A DNA stretch of 64,000 nt, from positions 896,001-960,000 of the forward strand of contig CAWFXL010000001.1 in NCBI GenBank assembly GCA_963819815.1, given 5' to 3'. Under the pieces are notes generated by a model. That model saw only the letters and a list, made by a program, of their open reading frames with translations, made no database searches and was not told the origin of the DNA. Shown here one piece after another: positions 48,242 to 58,443 of this stretch (its first letter is position 1; each line of letters opens with the position of its first letter). The position numbers and the translations under genes were made by a program. The stretch comes from an uncultured bacterium (GTDB lineage Bacteria; Babelota; Babeliae; Babelales; Babelaceae).

Positions 48242-50002
48242 ATGAAAAAACAGATACTTGTGCTGAGTGGTTTACTGATCGGCTCCCAGAGCCTTAGTGG
48301 TGCTATGACAACACAAAAACAAGTTACCCGTACCCAAGAAGAACACTATCAGCTCAATCGTCAATTTGTCGAGGCAACCAATGCGGGTGATACTGACCGT
48401 ATAAAAGCGCTCCTTAAAGAAGGCGCTCTCAGAGATACGCACACATATAGGATCTTTCCTTTTTACGCGATACGCGCCCCTCATGAGGTAGCCATGAGTG
48501 TTCTTGAACAACTTGAAGAGTATTTCAACCTACAAGAAGATATCCAGGCAACAGTTCAAGGTAATACTACTACCGATAGTAGTACAGGACAAACGAACCG
48601 CTTCCTCGAATCTTTCCGTGATTACCTAGAGCATCAGAGAATAGACCAGCAACTGACCAGATCAGCTAAAGAGGGTAACGCACCTTTAACAAAAGAGCTC
48701 ATGAAAAAGCTTGCTTTAAGATGTTATGGGCTTACACCATTTATATGCGCAGCCCTACAGGGACATACTGAAATCTTGGATAGTATTCTTGATGCATTTG
48801 AAAATGATCCACCATTGATGGAAAGAATCGCATATCGAAGGCTAAGCGAAGTGAATGCAGACCGTGAATCCATCGTCCGCCTCTTTCAAAGAGATGTCAG
48901 GAATCTAGATGATCAGATGGGATGTCTTGAAAAAATTCGTCACTATTGTGAGAGTTCTTCTTTAGAACATGCTAAGTTCCTTATTGGGATTATTGCGGAG
49001 AGTATAAAAGTGAACCTATCACGCGATATCATCTTTACCTTTTTCTCAGCACATAATGATTCCCTACGGCTCTCTCTTAAAGCTATCGGAGCTCAACAGC
49101 TTACTCATTCTCCTGCATTACGTGTTAACACGATTAGTAAGCAAGAGCATCTTAATAGACTCTTGCTGTTTGCAGTGAGAGAAGATGATGAGCTGATGAA
49201 GGCTCTTATAGATGAAGGAGCTGATGTTAGTACGGTCGATGACATGAAACGTACACCTCTGCATCTTGCTTCATATCATGAAAATATCCGCGCCGCACAG
49301 ATACTACTGCGTGCAGGGGCACCTATCGATGCTCTAGATAGCTTTGGAGTAACCCCTCTGTATATCAGTGGTCGAATAATTCGCCCTGGAGTTCCAAAAC
49401 TTCTTCTTGAATCGGGAGCTACGCTAGAAGACAACGATAGAAATATCTCGTTTAATGATGCTCAAGAGACTATTAAAACTATTTTAGAAGCTAGCGTAAG
49501 AAGATGTGTGCCCACGCAAACAGAGGCAAAAGTTGCTCTTCAAAATGTTGCATTCCTCTTCTATTTCTTGGGCACTAAATGCAGTCTTCCCTTCTATGTC
49601 ATCCATGAAATCATTTGTTTCGCAACCGGTGCACAAAACGTGGAAGGACGACTCATTGCACCTGAATGGACTCAGAGATTAAAAAGAGATCTTGAAGTAC
49701 TCTATCTCTACAAATGTAATGGCAATAGACTTCTTCCCCTGTGGGTACAAACTATTACCTGTATAGCTAAAGATCCACAAGAACAATCACAGCTCATTTC
49801 AAGGTTAGGTGGCTATGTAGAGCCTTTCCTCGCAAATGACACGAAGAGATTAGTATGCCTACGTATTATGAATAAAGTTGCTGCAGGCAAAAGAATCCTG
49901 GTGAACAAATTAAATACAGACGAAATTCTTGTCGATAACTTTAAGCTCTATTTCGAACATTTAGACAAGTATTTGCAGATGAGTGGCTTCGATGAAGAAT
50001 AA
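48242..50002 (+). CDS. Exported ankyrin-repeat protein, subfamily A
   Basis: TPLHLAS, LPFYVIHEII, ends in FDEE. Confidence 0.9.
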   Translation: MKKQILVLSGLLIGSQSLSGAMTTQKQVTRTQEEHYQLNRQFVEATNAGDTDRIKALLKEGALRDTHTYRIFPFYAIRAPHEVAMSVLEQLEEYFNLQEDIQATVQGNTTTDSSTGQTNRFLESFRDYLEHQRIDQQLTRSAKEGNAPLTKELMKKLALRCYGLTPFICAALQGHTEILDSILDAFENDPPLMERIAYRRLSEVNADRESIVRLFQRDVRNLDDQMGCLEKIRHYCESSSLEHAKFLIGIIAESIKVNLSRDIIFTFFSAHNDSLRLSLKAIGAQQLTHSPALRVNTISKQEHLNRLLLFAVREDDELMKALIDEGADVSTVDDMKRTPLHLASYHENIRAAQILLRAGAPIDALDSFGVTPLYISGRIIRPGVPKLLLESGATLEDNDRNISFNDAQETIKTILEASVRRCVPTQTEAKVALQNVAFLFYFLGTKCSLPFYVIHEIICFATGAQNVEGRLIAPEWTQRLKRDLEVLYLYKCNGNRLLPLWVQTITCIAKDPQEQSQLISRLGGYVEPFLANDTKRLVCLRIMNKVAAGKRILVNKLNTDEILVDNFKLYFEHLDKYLQMSGFDEE

Positions 50003-50054
50003 ACCAAATCTAAATAGGCCATGTAAATAAATTTTTTATTAAAGGAAAAATCTC

Positions 50055-51665
50055 ATGAAAAAACAGATATTTGGACTCAGCAGTCTACTCATGATATCGA
50101 TGAACATTTGTGGTGCTACGTCGGCACTATGCCCAGTAGAAGTTGCACTTCCAACAGTAGAGAACGTGCAACAGCAGCTCAGCAGCGCTGCAAAAACTGG
50201 TGATGCCGATCGCATAAGAGCTTTGCTTGCTCAAGGTGCTTTACTATGCCAGAAAGATAGATTTGGCTATACTCCCTTTGATTGGGCTGCTATACATGGG
50301 CATGTTGCATGCTTACAGATTTTCCTTGATGCACTGGAAAATAATACCCCACCAGATCGCCAAGACGCTTACTATAGAACCTTACTAGGCATAAAGATGC
50401 AGCACCTCGATTTGGACATATTCCAAAGAGATCCGCAAAGCACGAATCTGACTGAGTTAGCCACGCTCCTTTTCTATATATATTTCAGTAGTAGAGGAAA
50501 TTGGGGTGATGAAATCCCTGGTTTGTTCGAGTTACTTACAAATATTTACTTCAGACTAGGAGACCAGCTTTCACTTAACATTGTACTGAGCTGCTTTTCA
50601 TCAAGTGTCCTAGAGCAAGCATTAGTATCTGCAGGAGGACTGCGTGCAGATGATGCTGAGAATCTATTTGGATCTTTACGAGATTGTAACTCTATATATT
50701 TTCGGCAGGCATGGCTCTGTGCTGGGGGAGATCCGGTTACGTATACCAACCTAAGAATACCCTCCACACAGGAAATCAGACAGTATCATCTTAATAGGCT
50801 CATGCGTTTTGCCATCCGTGAGGAACATGAAGATCTTTTACGTGCTCTTATAGCCGAAGGAGCAAGCGTTACTACTGGTACTAGATCAACAGCCCCATTC
50901 AGTGACATGCCACCTCTTCACGTTGCAGCATGGTTTGGCAAGACAAGAATGGCAAAACTATTACTTGACGCAGGCGCACCCGTCGACCGAAAACACGGTT
51001 CAGATACCGCTTTTCGTTACGCCTATGAAAGCAAATCAGATGATGTAGCCCAGCTCCTTTTTGAATCGGGTGCATCTATTACCTATGAGTACACCCGTGA
51101 ACTAGGCATACAATACTTTGGTAAACATCCCTATTTTAAAATGCTTCTCCAGGGAAGTAAACGAAGATATGCCCCCACCAAGAACGATGCGAAAATTGCT
51201 ATGCAAAATGTTGCACGTCTCATATATGCCTTGAACCACTTACCAGCTTACGTTATCTATGAGATCATCTTATTTGCGGCAGGAGAACAGAATAATGACC
51301 AAGGACAACTTATTGCACCAGAATGGACTAAGACTTTAAGAAATTCTCTCGCGGTGCTCTATCTCTACAAATGTAATGGAAATAAACTGTATCCACTATG
51401 GGAACAAACCATACGGTGTATAATAAAAGATCCTGAACAGCAAACCCTATTCATCTCAAAACTTGAAAACTTTTTACGTCCGTTTCTTGGCAATGATGTC
51501 ATAAGGTTAGCATGTTCACACCTTATGCAAAAAATTGCTGCCGATGCCTGTGATGTGCAACGAAGTATCTATGAAAATGATCTTTTTGGTGAAGATTTTG
51601 GGCTCTATTGCAAACATTTAAAAGAGTCAGGGCATCTAGCTATTAATGGATATGATGTACCTTAA
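50055..51665 (+). CDS. Exported ankyrin-repeat protein, subfamily B
   Basis: TPFDWAAIHGH, PPLHVAA and LNHLPAYVIYEII. Confidence 0.9.
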   Translation: MKKQIFGLSSLLMISMNICGATSALCPVEVALPTVENVQQQLSSAAKTGDADRIRALLAQGALLCQKDRFGYTPFDWAAIHGHVACLQIFLDALENNTPPDRQDAYYRTLLGIKMQHLDLDIFQRDPQSTNLTELATLLFYIYFSSRGNWGDEIPGLFELLTNIYFRLGDQLSLNIVLSCFSSSVLEQALVSAGGLRADDAENLFGSLRDCNSIYFRQAWLCAGGDPVTYTNLRIPSTQEIRQYHLNRLMRFAIREEHEDLLRALIAEGASVTTGTRSTAPFSDMPPLHVAAWFGKTRMAKLLLDAGAPVDRKHGSDTAFRYAYESKSDDVAQLLFESGASITYEYTRELGIQYFGKHPYFKMLLQGSKRRYAPTKNDAKIAMQNVARLIYALNHLPAYVIYEIILFAAGEQNNDQGQLIAPEWTKTLRNSLAVLYLYKCNGNKLYPLWEQTIRCIIKDPEQQTLFISKLENFLRPFLGNDVIRLACSHLMQKIAADACDVQRSIYENDLFGEDFGLYCKHLKESGHLAINGYDVP

Positions 51666-51695
51666 GGAAAATAATTAGATCGTAAGGAAAATCTC

Positions 51696-53462
51696 ATGAA
51701 CATTCTTACATGTATACTAAGCAGTCTCTTGGTAGTTTCATATAGCGCTAGCGTTATTGCCGCACAGCGTTCAGAAGAAATTGCACTTCCCGCAGTAGAG
51801 AACATGCAAAAACAGCTCATCAGTGCTGCAAAAGCTGGTGATGCTAATCGTATAAGAATTCTTCTTGCACAAGGTGCTCTACTATGCCAGAAAGATAGTT
51901 CTGGCCGTACACCTTTTGATTGGGCAGCTATATATGGGCATGTTGCATGCTTACAGATTTTCCTGGATGAACTTGAAAACAATACACCACTTGATCGCCG
52001 AGATGAGTACTATGAGACTCTAAAAGGCATAAAGATGCACCACGTTGATTTGGGTATATTCCAAAGAGATCCACAGAGTACTGAGATTAGATGCCTGGCT
52101 CCTTTCCTTTTGAGGATGTATGATCATTTAGGCGACTGGGGTCATGAAATCCCTGGCTGCCAAAATTTACTTATAACGATTTACTACAGAATACGAGACC
52201 AGCTTTCACTTAACATTGTACTGAACTATTTTTCGTCTGGTGACAACGTTCTGCAGCAAGCCCTACTAGCCGCAGGAGCACATCGTGAAACAGGAAATCT
52301 TGATCACCTATTCAACCCTTTACAAGGCCCTCGCTCTATACTTAGGCTAGCACTACTCTGTGCTGGAGAAGAACCTGATACTAACCGTACAACTCCACCT
52401 CCTTCAAAAGAAAAAATCAGAGAGTATCATCTTAGTAGCCTCATGCGATTTGCCATCCGTGAAGAGCATCTAGACCTTTTAAGTGCTCTTATAGCTGTAG
52501 AATCGAGTTATATTGCCGTTATTAATGAAGTGGGTCCATTCAACGGAATGCCACCGCTTCACTGGGCAGCATGGTATGACAGGACAAGCATGCGATTTGC
52601 CATCCGTGAAGTGCATCTAGACCTTTTAAGTGCTCTTATAGCTGTAGAATCGAGTTATATTGCCGTTATTAATGCAGTGGGTCCATTCAACGGAATGCCA
52701 CCGCTTCACTGGGCAGCATGGTATAACAGGACAAGAATAGCAAGATTATTACTTGATGCAGGTGCACCCGTCGATCGACAACACGGTTCAGATACTGCGT
52801 TTCGTTTCGCCTATGAACGTAAATCAAATGATGTAGCACAGGTCCTTTTTGAATCGGGGGCATCTATTAAAGATGAAATCACCCGCCAGCTAGGCATACG
52901 ACACTTAGGTAAACACCCCTATTTTAAAATGCTTCTGCAGGGTAGCAAACTAAGATATGCCCCCACTAAGAACGATGCGAAAATTGCAATGCAAAATGTT
53001 GCCTCCCTCATCTATATCTTGGGCATTAAATGTAATCTTCCACCTTACGTTATCTATGAGATCATCTTGTTTGCAACAGGGGAAAAGAAAAATGACCAAG
53101 GACAACCGATTGCACCGGAGTGGACTCGATCGTTAAAAAAATCTCTCGCAGTGCTGTATCTCTACAAATGTAACGGCAATAAGCTTTTTCCTTTATGGGA
53201 ACAAACCATTAAGTGCCTAGCAAAAGATCCACAACAGCAAGCACTGGTCATTTCAAAACTTGAGAATTTTATTCGACCGTTTCTCGGCAATGATGTCTTA
53301 AGACTAGCATGTATGCACTTTATGCAGAAAATTGCTAACGATGCTCACCCACTACAGCAAAGTACCTATGAAAATGACTTTTTTGGCGAAGATTTTGAGC
53401 TCTATTACAAACATTTAAAAGGGTCAGGGTATCTAGCAATTAACGGAGCTGATGCACCTTAA
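51696..53462 (+). CDS. Exported ankyrin-repeat protein, subfamily B, with a 49-aa internal duplication
   Basis: Paralog motifs; tandem repeat at 52443-52736. Confidence 0.9.
   Translation: MNILTCILSSLLVVSYSASVIAAQRSEEIALPAVENMQKQLISAAKAGDANRIRILLAQGALLCQKDSSGRTPFDWAAIYGHVACLQIFLDELENNTPLDRRDEYYETLKGIKMHHVDLGIFQRDPQSTEIRCLAPFLLRMYDHLGDWGHEIPGCQNLLITIYYRIRDQLSLNIVLNYFSSGDNVLQQALLAAGAHRETGNLDHLFNPLQGPRSILRLALLCAGEEPDTNRTTPPPSKEKIREYHLSSLMRFAIREEHLDLLSALIAVESSYIAVINEVGPFNGMPPLHWAAWYDRTSMRFAIREVHLDLLSALIAVESSYIAVINAVGPFNGMPPLHWAAWYNRTRIARLLLDAGAPVDRQHGSDTAFRFAYERKSNDVAQVLFESGASIKDEITRQLGIRHLGKHPYFKMLLQGSKLRYAPTKNDAKIAMQNVASLIYILGIKCNLPPYVIYEIILFATGEKKNDQGQPIAPEWTRSLKKSLAVLYLYKCNGNKLFPLWEQTIKCLAKDPQQQALVISKLENFIRPFLGNDVLRLACMHFMQKIANDAHPLQQSTYENDFFGEDFELYYKHLKGSGYLAINGADAP
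52443..52736 (+). repeat. In-frame 147-bp tandem duplication
   Basis: Copies start at 52443 and 52590 (ATGCGATTTGCCATCCGTGAAG...). Confidence 0.95.
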
Positions 53463-53495
53463 AATCTAGAAATAAGTTATGACAAGGAAAATCTC

Positions 53496-55109
53496 ATGAA
53501 CATTCGTACATGCACACTAAGCAGTTTACTCATAATCCTATGGGGCCTTTGTGCTATGGCTGCACAAAATTCCGCAGAGATTGTACTTCCAGCAGTAGAG
53601 AGCGTACAACTACAGCTCATCGATGCTGCAAAAATCGGTGATGCTAACCGTATAAGAACTCTTCTTGCTCAAGGCGCTCTACTATGCCAGAAAGATAGAT
53701 TTGACTATACACCCTTTGATTGGGCTGCTATACATGGCCATGTTGCATGCTTACAGATTTTCCTGGATGAATTGGAAAACAATACACCACTTGATCGCCG
53801 AGACGCTTACTATACAACCTTACAAGGAATAAAGACACAGCATATCGATTTGGGCATTTTCCAAAGAGATGCGCAGAATGCTGAGTTGGGCGAGCTATCT
53901 ACGTTCCTTTTGAAAATATATGACAACTTAGGGGATTGGGGTTACGGAATCTCTGGTGGCAGAGACTTACTTACAGAAATTTACAACAGAATAGGCGACC
54001 AGCTTTCACTTAATATCGTTCTGAACTGCTTTTCATCAAGCATTCTAGATCAAGCATTAATATCTGCAGGAGCACAGCCTGCAACAGATGACCCTGATTT
54101 TCTGTTCAAATCTTTACGAAATTCCAACTCTAGATATTATCGACAAGCATTACTCTTTGCTGGAGAAGACCCTCAGACTTTTAACAACCTAAGCATGCCC
54201 ACTGAACAGCAAATTAGAGAATACCATCTTAACAGGCTCATGCGTTTTGCCATCCGAGAAGAGCATGAAGATCTTTTACGTGCTCTTATAGATGAAGGAA
54301 CGACGAAAGTCACAACCTTTACTAATGAAGTAGCCCCATTCAGCAATTGGCCACCCCTTGACGTTGCAGCTTGGTTTGACAAGGTAAAAATGGCAAAAGT
54401 ATTACTTGATGCAGGAGCACCCATCGAGGAGGGACTCAGCGGTGGTATTCATACCCCTTTTCATTCGGCATGTGAACGTAACTCCTGGGATGTCGGACAG
54501 CTTCTTTTTGAATCTGGGGCATCTATTAAATCTACCTACATCATTGAACTAGGCGTACGAAATTTAGGTAAACAACCCTTTTATAAAATGCTTCTCCAGG
54601 GGAGCAAAGTAAGATATGCTCCCACAAAGAACGATGCAAAAATTGCTATGCAAACCATTGCACGTCTCATATATGCCTTGAACCACTTACCAGCTTACGT
54701 TATCTATGAGATCATCTTATTTGCGGCAGGAGAACAGAATGATGACCAAGGACAACGTATTGCACCAGAATGGACTAAGACTTTAAGAAATTCTCTCGCG
54801 GTACTCTATCTCTACAAATGCAATGGTAATAAACTGTATCACCTATGGGAACAAACCATGCGGTGTATAATAAAAGATCCTGAACAGCAAACCCTATTCA
54901 TCTCAAAACTTGAAAACTTTTTACGGCCGTTTCTTGGCAATGAAGTCATAAGATTAGCATGCTCGCACCTTATGCAGAAAATTGCTGATGATGCCTGTCA
55001 GGAGCAACAAAGTATCTATGAAAATGATTTATTTGGTGAAGATTTTGGGCGCTATTACAACCATATGGCACAAGGGCCACTGAAAATAGATGGATCTGAT
55101 ACTCCCTAA
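53496..55109 (+). CDS. Exported ankyrin-repeat protein, subfamily B
   Basis: Paralog motifs; ends in GPLKIDGSDTP. Confidence 0.9.
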   Translation: MNIRTCTLSSLLIILWGLCAMAAQNSAEIVLPAVESVQLQLIDAAKIGDANRIRTLLAQGALLCQKDRFDYTPFDWAAIHGHVACLQIFLDELENNTPLDRRDAYYTTLQGIKTQHIDLGIFQRDAQNAELGELSTFLLKIYDNLGDWGYGISGGRDLLTEIYNRIGDQLSLNIVLNCFSSSILDQALISAGAQPATDDPDFLFKSLRNSNSRYYRQALLFAGEDPQTFNNLSMPTEQQIREYHLNRLMRFAIREEHEDLLRALIDEGTTKVTTFTNEVAPFSNWPPLDVAAWFDKVKMAKVLLDAGAPIEEGLSGGIHTPFHSACERNSWDVGQLLFESGASIKSTYIIELGVRNLGKQPFYKMLLQGSKVRYAPTKNDAKIAMQTIARLIYALNHLPAYVIYEIILFAAGEQNDDQGQRIAPEWTKTLRNSLAVLYLYKCNGNKLYHLWEQTMRCIIKDPEQQTLFISKLENFLRPFLGNEVIRLACSHLMQKIADDACQEQQSIYENDLFGEDFGRYYNHMAQGPLKIDGSDTP

Positions 55110-55143
55110 GTTATAGAAATATGTATATGAAAAGGAAAATCTC

Positions 55144-56763
55144 ATGAAAATTCGTACATTATCGCTACGCAATCTACTCCTAATTCTATGGCCCCTTTGT
55201 GTTATGGCCGCACAGCGTTCAGAAGAAATTGCACTTCCCGCAGTAGAAAACATGCAACAACAACTCATCAGTGCTGCAAAAGCTGGTGATGCCAATCGTA
55301 TAAGAATTCTTCTTGCTCAAGGTGCTCTACTTTGCCAGGAAGATAGTTCTGGCCGTACACCTTTTGACTGGGCAGCTATTTATGGGCATGTTGCGTGCTT
55401 ACATATTTTCCTTGGTGAACTTGAAAACAATACACCACTTGATCGCCGAAATGAGTATTATGAAACTCTAAAAGGCATAAAGATGCACCACGTTGATTTG
55501 GATATATTTCAAAGAGATCCCCAGAATACTGAGATTAGAGGCGTAGCTTCTTTCCTTTTGAGGATGTTTGACCATTTAGAGGACTGGGGTCATGAAGTCC
55601 CTGGCTGCCCACGTTTACTTAGTACCATTTACTACAGAATACAAGACCAGCTTTCACTTAACATTGTACTGAACTGTTTTTCATCTGGTGACGACGTTTT
55701 GCAGCAAGCCTTACTAGCCGCAGGAGCACATCGTGAAACAGGAAATCTTGATCACCTATTCAACCCTTTTCAAGGCCCTCGCTCTATACTCAGACTAGCA
55801 CTACTCTGTGCTGGCGAAGAACCTGATGCTAACCGTACAATTCCACATCCGTCAAAAGAAAAAATCAGAGAGCGTCATCTTAGCAGCCTCATGAAATTTG
55901 CTATCCGTGAAGAGCATGAAGACCTTTTACATGCTCTTATAGCTGTAGAATCAAGTTTTATTGCCGTTATTAATGCAGGGGGCCCATTTAACGGAGAGCC
56001 TCCTCTTCACGAGGCAGCATGGTATAACAGGACAAGAATGGCAAGATTATTACTGAATGCGGGCGCGCCTATCGACCGGCGAAACGGTTCAGATACTGCA
56101 TTTCGTTACGCTTATGAACGTAAATCACATGATGTAGCACAGCTCCTTTTTGAATCTGGGGCATCTATTAAAGATAAACCCACCCATCAACTATGCATAC
56201 GGCATTTGGGTAAACAGCCCTTTTATAAAATGCTTCTGCAGGGTAGCAAAGTAAGATATGCCCCCACTAAGAACGATGCGAAAATTGCAATGCAAAATGT
56301 TGCATCCCTCATCTATATCTTGGGCATTAAATGTAATCTTCCAGCTTACGTCATCTATGAACTAATTCTATTTGCTGCAGGCGAAAAGAATGATGAGCAA
56401 GGAAATCCAATTGCACAGGAATGGACTAGATCATTAAGAAATTCTCTCGCGCTGCTCTATCTCTACAAATGTAACGGCAATACGCTTTTTCCTTTATGGG
56501 AACAAACCATTAAGTGCCTAGAGAAAGATCCACAACAGCAAGCACTGGTCATTTCAAAACTGGAGAATTTCATTCGACCGTTTCTCGGCAATGAAGTCAT
56601 AAGACTAGCATGCTCGCACCTTATGCAGAAAATTGCTGAAGATGCTGAACCAGAAAAGCGAAGTAAATATGAAAATGATTTATTTGGCGAAGATTTTGAG
56701 CTCTATTACAAACACTTAAAAGGGTCAGGGTATCTAACAATTAACGGAGCTGATGCACCTTAA
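55144..56763 (+). CDS. Exported ankyrin-repeat protein, subfamily B
   Basis: Paralog motifs; ends in GYLTINGADAP. Confidence 0.9.
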   Translation: MKIRTLSLRNLLLILWPLCVMAAQRSEEIALPAVENMQQQLISAAKAGDANRIRILLAQGALLCQEDSSGRTPFDWAAIYGHVACLHIFLGELENNTPLDRRNEYYETLKGIKMHHVDLDIFQRDPQNTEIRGVASFLLRMFDHLEDWGHEVPGCPRLLSTIYYRIQDQLSLNIVLNCFSSGDDVLQQALLAAGAHRETGNLDHLFNPFQGPRSILRLALLCAGEEPDANRTIPHPSKEKIRERHLSSLMKFAIREEHEDLLHALIAVESSFIAVINAGGPFNGEPPLHEAAWYNRTRMARLLLNAGAPIDRRNGSDTAFRYAYERKSHDVAQLLFESGASIKDKPTHQLCIRHLGKQPFYKMLLQGSKVRYAPTKNDAKIAMQNVASLIYILGIKCNLPAYVIYELILFAAGEKNDEQGNPIAQEWTRSLRNSLALLYLYKCNGNTLFPLWEQTIKCLEKDPQQQALVISKLENFIRPFLGNEVIRLACSHLMQKIAEDAEPEKRSKYENDLFGEDFELYYKHLKGSGYLTINGADAP

Positions 56764-56793
56764 TGAAAATAATTATATAGTAAGGAAAATCTC

Positions 56794-58410
56794 ATGAAAA
56801 TTCGTACATTTGCATTACGCAATCTGCTCATGATTCTATGGCCCCTTTGTGTTATGGCCGCACAGCGTTCAGAAGAAGTTGCACTTCCGGCAGTTGAGAA
56901 CGTCCAACAGCAGCTCATCAGTGCTGCAAAAGCTGGCGATGCCAATCGTATAAGAACCTTTCTTGCACAAGGTGCTCTACTTTGCCAGCAAGATAGTTCT
57001 GGCCGGACACCTTTTGACTGGGCAGCTATCTATGGGCATGTGGCTTGCTTACATATTTTTCTTGATGAACTTGAAAACAATACACCACTTGATCGCCGAA
57101 ATGAGTACTATGAAACTCTAAAAGGCATAAAGATGCACCACGTAGATTTGGGTATATTCCAAAGAGATCCACAGAATACTCAGATTAGAGACCTAGCTCC
57201 TTTCCTTTTGAGGATGTATGACCATTTAGACGACTGGGGTCATGAAATCCCTGGCTGCAAACGGTTACTTATAGAGATTTACTATAGAGTAGCAGACCTG
57301 CTTTCACTTAACATTGTACTGAACTGTTTTTCATCTAGTGACAACGTTCTGCAGCAAGCCTTACTAGCCGCAGGGGCACACCGTGAAACAGGAAATCTTG
57401 ATCACCTATTCAACCCTTTACAGCGCCCTCGCTCTATACTCAGGCTAGCACTACTCTGTGCTGGAGAAGCACCTGATGCTAACGCTACAACTCCACCTCT
57501 TATAAAAGAAGAAATCAGAGAGAATAATCTTAGACGCCTCATGCAATTTGCCATCCGTGAAGAGCATGAAGACCTTTTACGCGCCCTTATAGCTATAGAA
57601 TCGAGTTTTATTGCCGTTATTAATGCAGGAGGCACATTCATTGGTGTACCGCCTCTTCACTGGGCAGCATGGTATAACAGGGCAAGAATGGCAAGATTAT
57701 TGCTTGATGCGGGTGCGCCCGTCAACCGAGAACATGGTTCAGATGCCGCTTTTCGCTTCGCCTATGAACGTAAATCATATGATGTAGCACAGCTCCTATT
57801 TGAATCGGGTGCATCTATTACCTATGAGTACACCCGTGAACTAGGCATAGAACACTTTGGTAAGCATCCCTATTTTAAAATACTCCTCCAGGGAAGTAAA
57901 AAAAGATATGCCCCCACAAAGAATGATGCGAAAATTGCAATGCAAAATGTTGCACAGCTCATCTATATCTTTGGGATTACATGTAATCTTCCACCTTACG
58001 TTGTTTATGAGCTATTTCTATTTGCAACAGGTGAACAGAATGATGAGCAAGGAAATCCAATTGCACAGGAATGGACTCAGGCATTAAGAAAATCTCTCGC
58101 GGTGCTCTATCTCTACAAATGTAATGGCAATAAGCTGTATCCCCTGTGGGAACAAACCATACGGTGTATAATAAAAGACCCTGAACAGCAAGCCCGATTC
58201 ATCTCAAAACTTGAAAACTTTTTACGTCCGTTTCTTGGCAATGAAGTCATAAGATTAGCATGCTCGCACCTTATGCAGAAAATTGCTGCCGATGCCTGTC
58301 ATGAGCAACGAAGTATCTATGAAAATGATTTATTTGGTGAAGATTTTGAGCTCTATAACAACCATATGGCACAAGGGCCGCTCAAAATAGATGGATCTGA
58401 TAACCCTTAG
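56794..58410 (+). CDS. Exported ankyrin-repeat protein, subfamily B
   Basis: Paralog motifs; ends in GPLKIDGSDNP. Confidence 0.9.
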   Translation: MKIRTFALRNLLMILWPLCVMAAQRSEEVALPAVENVQQQLISAAKAGDANRIRTFLAQGALLCQQDSSGRTPFDWAAIYGHVACLHIFLDELENNTPLDRRNEYYETLKGIKMHHVDLGIFQRDPQNTQIRDLAPFLLRMYDHLDDWGHEIPGCKRLLIEIYYRVADLLSLNIVLNCFSSSDNVLQQALLAAGAHRETGNLDHLFNPLQRPRSILRLALLCAGEAPDANATTPPLIKEEIRENNLRRLMQFAIREEHEDLLRALIAIESSFIAVINAGGTFIGVPPLHWAAWYNRARMARLLLDAGAPVNREHGSDAAFRFAYERKSYDVAQLLFESGASITYEYTRELGIEHFGKHPYFKILLQGSKKRYAPTKNDAKIAMQNVAQLIYIFGITCNLPPYVVYELFLFATGEQNDEQGNPIAQEWTQALRKSLAVLYLYKCNGNKLYPLWEQTIRCIIKDPEQQARFISKLENFLRPFLGNEVIRLACSHLMQKIAADACHEQRSIYENDLFGEDFELYNNHMAQGPLKIDGSDNP

Positions 58411-58443
58411 TTATAGAAATATGTATATGAAAAGGAAAACCTC

